Positions 58,872 through 64,000 of a stretch of DNA of 64,000 nt are shown one piece after another. The notes under the pieces are model-generated. The model did not search any database and was not told where the DNA came from. It saw only the letters and a program-made list of their open reading frames with translations. The DNA is from an uncultured archaeon (GTDB taxonomy: Archaea; Iainarchaeota; Iainarchaeia; Iainarchaeales; JAAZKV01). Within the stretch, counting starts at the first letter, position 1. Every line of letters begins with the position of its first letter. The translations under genes were made by a program, and so were the position numbers. Location: assembly GCA_964583285.1 (NCBI GenBank), contig CAZOVD010000001.1, forward strand, positions 22,558-86,557, written 5' to 3'.

Positions 58872-60083
58872 TTAGTTCTCATTTGGTTTAATTAAAAGAT
58901 TTTCTGTTTTTTCAAGCTCGTTTTCTGCTAAAAGAGAAAATACTCTTCTTGTTTCAAAATTTTCTATTTTTGCCTCTTCAACATTTTTTTCTAAAATATC
59001 AATCCCAAATTCAATTATCCCTTTTTTTGTTTTTTGCATTTCTTTTAAGGAATCTATTTTTCGCTTAAAATCTTCAACTAAAAAATCTTTTGAAATTGAA
59101 AAGATTGCTTTATCAGCTGGCAAGTCAAAATTAATATCTTTTTGAGAAAATCCTTTTGCAATAGAACCAACTAACTTAAACCTAATTAATGGTTTTAAAT
59201 TAAAATCTTTAAAGAGAAATTCTTTAATTTTTGATTCAACCTCAATTTTTACTTCTTCTGGTTTTGCATTTTTGAAAGAAATTTTTTGATAAAATAATTT
59301 TCTTTGTTCTTTAAATGGAAAAAAATCTAAATTTTTTGAATTTGTGTCAAAAATAAAAATACCTTTTTCTCTTTCTGCTTCAAGTCTTTTCATTTGTGTA
59401 AAAATTGTTGAACCAGTTAATAAAAATCTTTTATCATCAAATTTTTGTTCATCTTTCCAATGCAAATGTCCATTAATAATTAAATCAAAACCATTAGGTA
59501 AATCATTTAATGATAATGAAGCAATTGCATCATCATCAAATGGCAAAAATTCTTTAAATGATTGATGAAATAAAATAATATTACTAAAATTCTCTATTGG
59601 TTTTGGATTGTACTTTTCAAGAAGAGCTTTTGCATGTTTTTCTGGAACACCACTCATGCCGTGTATGTAAACTTTTTCATTATTTTTTTTAAGTTCAACA
59701 TGACCAATATGAATGTGACACAAAGCATTTGCCTCTTCTAAAATATCAAGTGCATTAGTAAAATCGCGCCCTCTAAATTCATGTGTACCATGAATTGCAA
59801 TTATTGGAATACCTTGAACTTTAACTTCAACTGAATCTTTTAAAAAAGGGAATTTTTTTATTGTTGAAAAACTGCCATTATTTTTATTAAAACATTCAAA
59901 AGATTTATGCCAAACTTCTTGGGTTGGTACTGCGTGATCAAATAAGTCACCAGCATGTAAAATAAAATCAACATTTAATTCATGAAACATTTCTATTGCT
60001 TCTTTAACTCTACTAAACGCTTCTAAATAACGCTCATCACTACCAAAGCCTAGGTGAGTATCTGAAAATATTCCTATTTTCAT
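58872..60083 (-). CDS. Mre11/SbcD-family calcineurin-like metallophosphoesterase (DNA repair nuclease-like)
   Basis: 403 aa. Motifs I SDTHLG, II GDLFDH, III GTHEF, IV-V GHLHW in Mre11 order, followed by a capping-like domain. No rad50 adjacent. Confidence 0.65.
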   Translation of the reverse strand: MKIGIFSDTHLGFGSDERYLEAFSRVKEAIEMFHELNVDFILHAGDLFDHAVPTQEVWHKSFECFNKNNGSFSTIKKFPFLKDSVEVKVQGIPIIAIHGTHEFRGRDFTNALDILEEANALCHIHIGHVELKKNNEKVYIHGMSGVPEKHAKALLEKYNPKPIENFSNIILFHQSFKEFLPFDDDAIASLSLNDLPNGFDLIINGHLHWKDEQKFDDKRFLLTGSTIFTQMKRLEAEREKGIFIFDTNSKNLDFFPFKEQRKLFYQKISFKNAKPEEVKIEVESKIKEFLFKDFNLKPLIRFKLVGSIAKGFSQKDINFDLPADKAIFSISKDFLVEDFKRKIDSLKEMQKTKKGIIEFGIDILEKNVEEAKIENFETRRVFSLLAENELEKTENLLIKPNEN

Positions 60084-60174
60084 AGAATAATTTTGTTAGA
60101 AAAGTGTTTTATATTATTTAGTAAGTTTGCTGCCGCTAACATAAATTAAAAAATGATTTATTTACAATTCTTAT

Positions 60175-60597
60175 ATGAAAATACTTGCTTTTGGGACTTT
60201 TGACATATTACACATAGGACATTTAAATTATTTAAAACAAGCAAAAGAATTGCACAAAGCTGCTAAATTACATGTTATTATTTCAAGAGATATTAATGCT
60301 GAAAAAATAAAAGGGAAAAAACTTATACATAATGAAGATGAACGACTTGAAATAATAAAAAATATAAAATTTGTTGACTATGCCACTCTTGGCGAAAAAG
60401 AAGATATTTTTAAATCTGTGAAAAAAATTAAGCCAGATATTGTGGTTTTAGGATATGACCAGCTTCCAAGTAATGAAATTTTAAAACAAAAATTTATTGA
60501 AAATAATATTAATGCAACTATTGTTCGAGCAAAACCATTTAATGAACATAAATCAAAATCATCAAAAATAAGGGAATCTTTATTTTTAGTTGAATAA
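60175..60597 (+). CDS. Cytidylyltransferase-family nucleotidyltransferase (RibL-type FAD synthetase / FMN adenylyltransferase-like)
   Basis: 140 aa; GTFDILHIGH ((H/T)xGH) motif, size of archaeal RibL. Confidence 0.7.
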   Translation: MKILAFGTFDILHIGHLNYLKQAKELHKAAKLHVIISRDINAEKIKGKKLIHNEDERLEIIKNIKFVDYATLGEKEDIFKSVKKIKPDIVVLGYDQLPSNEILKQKFIENNINATIVRAKPFNEHKSKSSKIRESLFLVE

Positions 60598-60647
60598 TGT
60601 ACGAATTGATTTTAATCAAGATTCTGTATTTATTTTTATGCAAAAAT

Positions 60648-60666
60648 AGGTTCTTTTTTTAAATGT
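60648..60666 (+). promoter_or_regulatory. AGGTTCTTTTTTTAAAT box, first of two direct repeats (promoter-like A/T box)
   Basis: Repeated nearly identically at 60737-60756 (AGGTTCTTTTTTAAAT); a third TTTTTTAAATG box lies at 60770-60780, about 55 nt before tRNA-Cys. Confidence 0.3.
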
Positions 60667-60834
60667 CCTGTTTCGCCATGACTAGACGATTCACTCTTTG
60701 TGCTATTTACAATACCACTTAGTGGTTTTAATAACAAAAGGTTCTTTTTTAAATAAAATGGAATTTAATTTTTTAAATGTGGTGTTGAGCCAAAGGCGAA
60801 GACAGCACCCAAATGCCGCCTGGCTGAGGCAGGC

Positions 60835-60905
60835 GCAGGGGTGGCAGAACGGTTATGCACTCCCCTGCAGAGGGAGTGAAGAGGGTTCGACTCCCTTCCC
60901 TTGCT
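60835..60905 (+). tRNA. tRNA-Cys (anticodon GCA)
   Basis: Hand-folded cloverleaf. Acceptor GCAGGGG/CCCTTGC (one G-U pair). D arm GCAG-AACGGTT-ATGC. Anticodon stem CTCCC/GGGAG with loop CT-GCA-GA (U33, R37). 4-nt variable loop. T arm GAGGG-TTCGACT-CCCTT (GTTCGA). Discriminator T; no encoded CCA; no intron. Confidence 0.8.
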
Positions 60906-60978
60906 TTTTTAAATCTTTTTAACTTCAGACACCTTTTTAAAGTTTAAATAAATTATTAATTTACTGAGTGAAAAAATA

Positions 60979-62187
60979 ATGCGATTAATAATGGTGAGTC
61001 GACACTGGTATGAATACAGTGTTGGTGGAACTGAAACATATATAAAAAATTTTTTAAGAACAGCAAAACCTATTTTTGAAAAAATTATAATAGTAATACC
61101 TAGTAAATCAAATAGAAAATCAATAGAAAAATATGATAATGTGGAAATTCATAAAGTGCCGTTTATTCCAATTGTTGGAACACAAAAAAAGCCAACTCAA
61201 AAAAAATCAATTAAACTTTTTGAATATCTAGACTCTTTAATAAAAAAAGAGAATATTGATATTATTGAAAACCAATCAATTTCACCAGTGCCTTCTTTGT
61301 TTTTTTCTGTTTTTATGGCAGGAATGAAAAATAAAATACCAGTAATTGAAAGAATACATGCAACACCTAATAATCCAACATGGAATTCAATACTAAGCGA
61401 TATTGGTTTTTCAAAAATTCTTTGTGTTAGTAAATACCTTTCTGAATACATTTATAGAATTGGAGTATTTTCAAAAAAGCTTAAAACAGTTTATCCTGGA
61501 ATTAATACTTCAAAATTTAAAAAACATAGTAAAAATTTTAGAAAGGAACTTGGTTTTAAAAATAACGACATAGTTATACTCCATGCATCAAGAATTGCAA
61601 CACTTAAAACGGATAAAAATGAAACTATTGAACAAAAAGGAATTACAACTTTATTAAAAGCATTTTCAATATCCGCAGAAGATGAACCACATTTAAAATT
61701 AATGATAGCTGCTGCTGTTCCATTTGAAGAAAATATGAAATATTATGAGTCTGCTGTTAAAAAAATAAATAATTATTCAGAAATATATGGAATTAAAGAA
61801 AAGGTAAAAATTATTCCAGTAAAATATGATGACATGGATAAGGCATACAATACTTGTGATATTTTTGCAATGCTTTCAAAAGAAGAAACATTTGGACTAG
61901 TTTATGCAGAAGCAATGTCTTGTGAGAAGGCAGTTATTGCAAGTTCTGTTTGTGCAATGCCTGAATTAATTTCAAACAATGAAACAGGTTATTTAGTTTC
62001 TCCAAAAGACCCTGTTGAAATTTCAAAAAGAATTAATTGGTTAGTTGATGATAAAGAAAAACGTGATTATTTTGGGAAAAATGGTAGACTAAGAGTTATT
62101 GAAAAGTTTGAAGAAAATAAAATAACAAATGAATTAAAAGAAGCGTATATTGAAATAATAAAAGAATATAAAAAGAAGAATAATTAG
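60979..62187 (+). CDS. Glycosyltransferase family 4 (GT-B, retaining)
   Basis: 402 aa; C-terminal EETFGLVYAEAMSCEKAVIAS (E-x7-E motif) and the preceding nucleotide-sugar binding region. Confidence 0.8.
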   Translation: MRLIMVSRHWYEYSVGGTETYIKNFLRTAKPIFEKIIIVIPSKSNRKSIEKYDNVEIHKVPFIPIVGTQKKPTQKKSIKLFEYLDSLIKKENIDIIENQSISPVPSLFFSVFMAGMKNKIPVIERIHATPNNPTWNSILSDIGFSKILCVSKYLSEYIYRIGVFSKKLKTVYPGINTSKFKKHSKNFRKELGFKNNDIVILHASRIATLKTDKNETIEQKGITTLLKAFSISAEDEPHLKLMIAAAVPFEENMKYYESAVKKINNYSEIYGIKEKVKIIPVKYDDMDKAYNTCDIFAMLSKEETFGLVYAEAMSCEKAVIASSVCAMPELISNNETGYLVSPKDPVEISKRINWLVDDKEKRDYFGKNGRLRVIEKFEENKITNELKEAYIEIIKEYKKKNN

Positions 62188-62240
62188 TACAAACATATCT
62201 GAACCAATTTTGATTTAAAAACAAAATAAAAAACTATTTC

Positions 62241-64000
62241 ATGTGTGGAATAATTGGTTATATTGGAAATAAAAAAGCTCTACCAATTTTAATAAGCACT
62301 TTAGAAAAATTAGAATACCGCGGGTATGATAGTAGTGGCGTTTGCTTAAAAGAAAAAGAATTAAAAATAATTAAAGAAGTTGGAAAAATAAATCAATTAA
62401 AAAAAAGAGTAATAAAAATAAAAAGCAATTCAAAAATTGGAATAGGGCACAGTAGGTGGGCAACACATGGAAAAGTCACTAAATTAAATGCTCACCCACA
62501 TTTTGACGAAAAAAAAGAAATAGCCATTGTTCATAACGGAATTATAGAAAATTATTTAGAACTCAAAAAAATGCTTAAAAAAAATAATATTAAATTCTAT
62601 TCAGAAACTGACTCTGAAATAATTGCAAAATTAATAAAATTTTATTATAAAAATAATTTAGAAGACGCAGTTAGAAAAATAGTTTTAAAATTAAAAGGAA
62701 AATATTCAATTTTAGCCATATCTAAAAAAGAGAATAAAATAATTGGTGTGAAAAATGGCTCGCCTTTAATAATTGGAAAAACTCCTAATGAAAATTTTAT
62801 TTGTTCAGATGCTAATGCAATAAATGATAAAACCAAAAATATTATTTACTTAGACAATAAAGAAATTGCAATTTTGGGAGAGAAAATAAGAATAACTGAT
62901 TTTAATGGAAAAATTATTAAAAAAAATATTTCAAAAATAGAAATTAATGATAATAATCAAAACAAAAGTAAATTTAAAACTTATATGGAAAAAGAGATTT
63001 TTGATCAAAAAATTTCAATTAATAATTTTGTTAAAAAAAATTTAAAAAATAAAGAAATAAACTTAAATTTTAAAAATAAACTAAAAAAACCTAATAAAAT
63101 AATAATTATTGGATGTGGAACTAGTTATAATTCTGGTTTAATTGGAAAACATTTTTTTGAAAAAATAAATAAAATAGATACCGATGTTGAGTTTGGATCC
63201 GAATTTAAATATGAAAACAAACTTATTCAAAAAAATGATTTAGTAATTGGCATTAGTCAATCTGGAGAAACCATTGATACTATTGATGCATTAATAAATG
63301 CAAAAAAAAGAAAAGCAAAAACAATAGCAATAACTAATGTAAAAAATTCTAGCATTACAAAAATTGTTGATGAATGTATTTATCTTAATGCAGGAATAGA
63401 AATTAGTGTGGCTAGCACAAAAGCATTCACTTCCCAAATAACTGCTTTGTTATTTATTTCTTTATATTTAAATAATAATAAAAAATTTAAAAAAATAATT
63501 CTAAAAGAGTTATTTAACTTAGATAAAAAAATTATTAGAGTATTAAAAATGAAAAATGAAATAAAAAGAATTGTTAGAAAATTTAAAAAATATAAGAATT
63601 TTATTTATATTGCAAAAGGAATAGATTATCCAATAGCACTTGAAGGTGCACTTAAATTAAAAGAAATTTCTTATGTTAATGCACAAGGAATTGTTTCTGG
63701 GGAATTAAAACATGGATCTATCGCAATAATAGACAAAAAAACACTCACTATTGCTATTGGTTCAAAACAAAGTAATATAGAAAAAATTTCAAATAGTACT
63801 GCAGAAATATTATCTAGACAGGGAGATGTTTTAGTAATTAGTAATTTAAAACTCAAAGAAAATCAAATAATTTTACCAAAAACTAGTGAATTTTTACAAC
63901 CAATAATAAATATAATACCACTTCAACTAATGGCGCTTTATTTTAGTGAGTTAAAAGGTTTTGATGTTGATAAACCAAGAAATTTAGCAAAATCAGTAAC
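62241..64000 (+). CDS. glmS: Glutamine--fructose-6-phosphate aminotransferase (isomerising), 3-prime-truncated by window end
   Basis: N-terminal MCGIIGY (Ntn amidotransferase Cys1), followed by two SIS domains (GCGTSYNSG, SQSGETIDT). Runs off the window. Confidence 0.9.
   Translation, partial: MCGIIGYIGNKKALPILISTLEKLEYRGYDSSGVCLKEKELKIIKEVGKINQLKKRVIKIKSNSKIGIGHSRWATHGKVTKLNAHPHFDEKKEIAIVHNGIIENYLELKKMLKKNNIKFYSETDSEIIAKLIKFYYKNNLEDAVRKIVLKLKGKYSILAISKKENKIIGVKNGSPLIIGKTPNENFICSDANAINDKTKNIIYLDNKEIAILGEKIRITDFNGKIIKKNISKIEINDNNQNKSKFKTYMEKEIFDQKISINNFVKKNLKNKEINLNFKNKLKKPNKIIIIGCGTSYNSGLIGKHFFEKINKIDTDVEFGSEFKYENKLIQKNDLVIGISQSGETIDTIDALINAKKRKAKTIAITNVKNSSITKIVDECIYLNAGIEISVASTKAFTSQITALLFISLYLNNNKKFKKIILKELFNLDKKIIRVLKMKNEIKRIVRKFKKYKNFIYIAKGIDYPIALEGALKLKEISYVNAQGIVSGELKHGSIAIIDKKTLTIAIGSKQSNIEKISNSTAEILSRQGDVLVISNLKLKENQIILPKTSEFLQPIINIIPLQLMALYFSELKGFDVDKPRNLAKSV

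Noticed and set aside
60698-60922. 74-aa ORF in the track
   Set aside because: GC-rich reading frame lies directly over the tRNA-Cys gene and its leader; no RBS or plausible protein features.
1-64000. CRISPR arrays, rRNA genes, intact IS elements, inteins
   Set aside because: No regularly spaced direct repeats, no rRNA-like GC-rich long non-coding stretch, no DDE transposase or TIRs. MCM, TopoVI and synthetases have uninterrupted motif spacing.

Overview
This is an AT-rich (about 30% GC), gene-dense archaeal fragment with frequent ATGA/TGA start-stop overlaps, which from raw sequence looks like a small-genome (DPANN-like) archaeon. I can support about 80 protein genes, one tRNA and one candidate structured RNA. 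Many proteins carry lysine-rich N- or C-terminal extensions.

Main gene content:
- Aminoacyl-tRNA synthetases: MetRS, LeuRS, class-I LysRS, TrpRS, SerRS.
- The classic archaeal exosome/proteasome/RNase P superoperon (34.3-41.2 kb, minus strand): L15e, Rpp30, Pop5, PsmA, Sdo1, Rrp4, Rrp41, Rrp42, L37Ae, RpoP, Pcc1, prefoldin beta.
- Replication and topology: MCM, topoisomerase VI B and A, an Mre11-like nuclease.
- Translation factors: aIF-5A, aIF-2 beta, aIF-1A, plus a Rio1 kinase and KH-protein neighbourhood.
- Metabolism: form-III-like RuBisCO, a two-subunit 2-oxoacid:ferredoxin oxidoreductase, trpB-trpA, PdaD, two geranylgeranyl reductase paralogs, GlmS, RibL-like, GT4 glycosyltransferase.
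- tRNA-Cys(GCA) at 60835-60905.

Unexplained or candidate-novel signals:
- A minus-strand cluster (42.3-46.4 kb) of a 530-aa coiled-coil protein, Sm, a MinD/ParA ATPase, a Roadblock/LC7 protein, an unknown protein and a NYN nuclease. It may be a cytoskeletal/positioning module.
- A parallel KaiC-like ATPase, membrane DDxxD protein, Roadblock and GGR cluster.
- A tandem paralogous pair of unknown proteins after trpBA-trpS.
- A 230-nt GC-enriched intergenic island with three perfect hairpins (candidate ncRNA) next to a solo transposase-like HTH protein.
- A palindromic operator-like motif, AAAAATCAACT-N4-AGTTGAT, shared by two RHH-gene loci, one of which is an overlapping RHH-RelE toxin-antitoxin pair.
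- A presenilin/SPP-type intramembrane protease with YD, GxGD and PAL motifs.

No CRISPR array, rRNA or intact IS element is visible.
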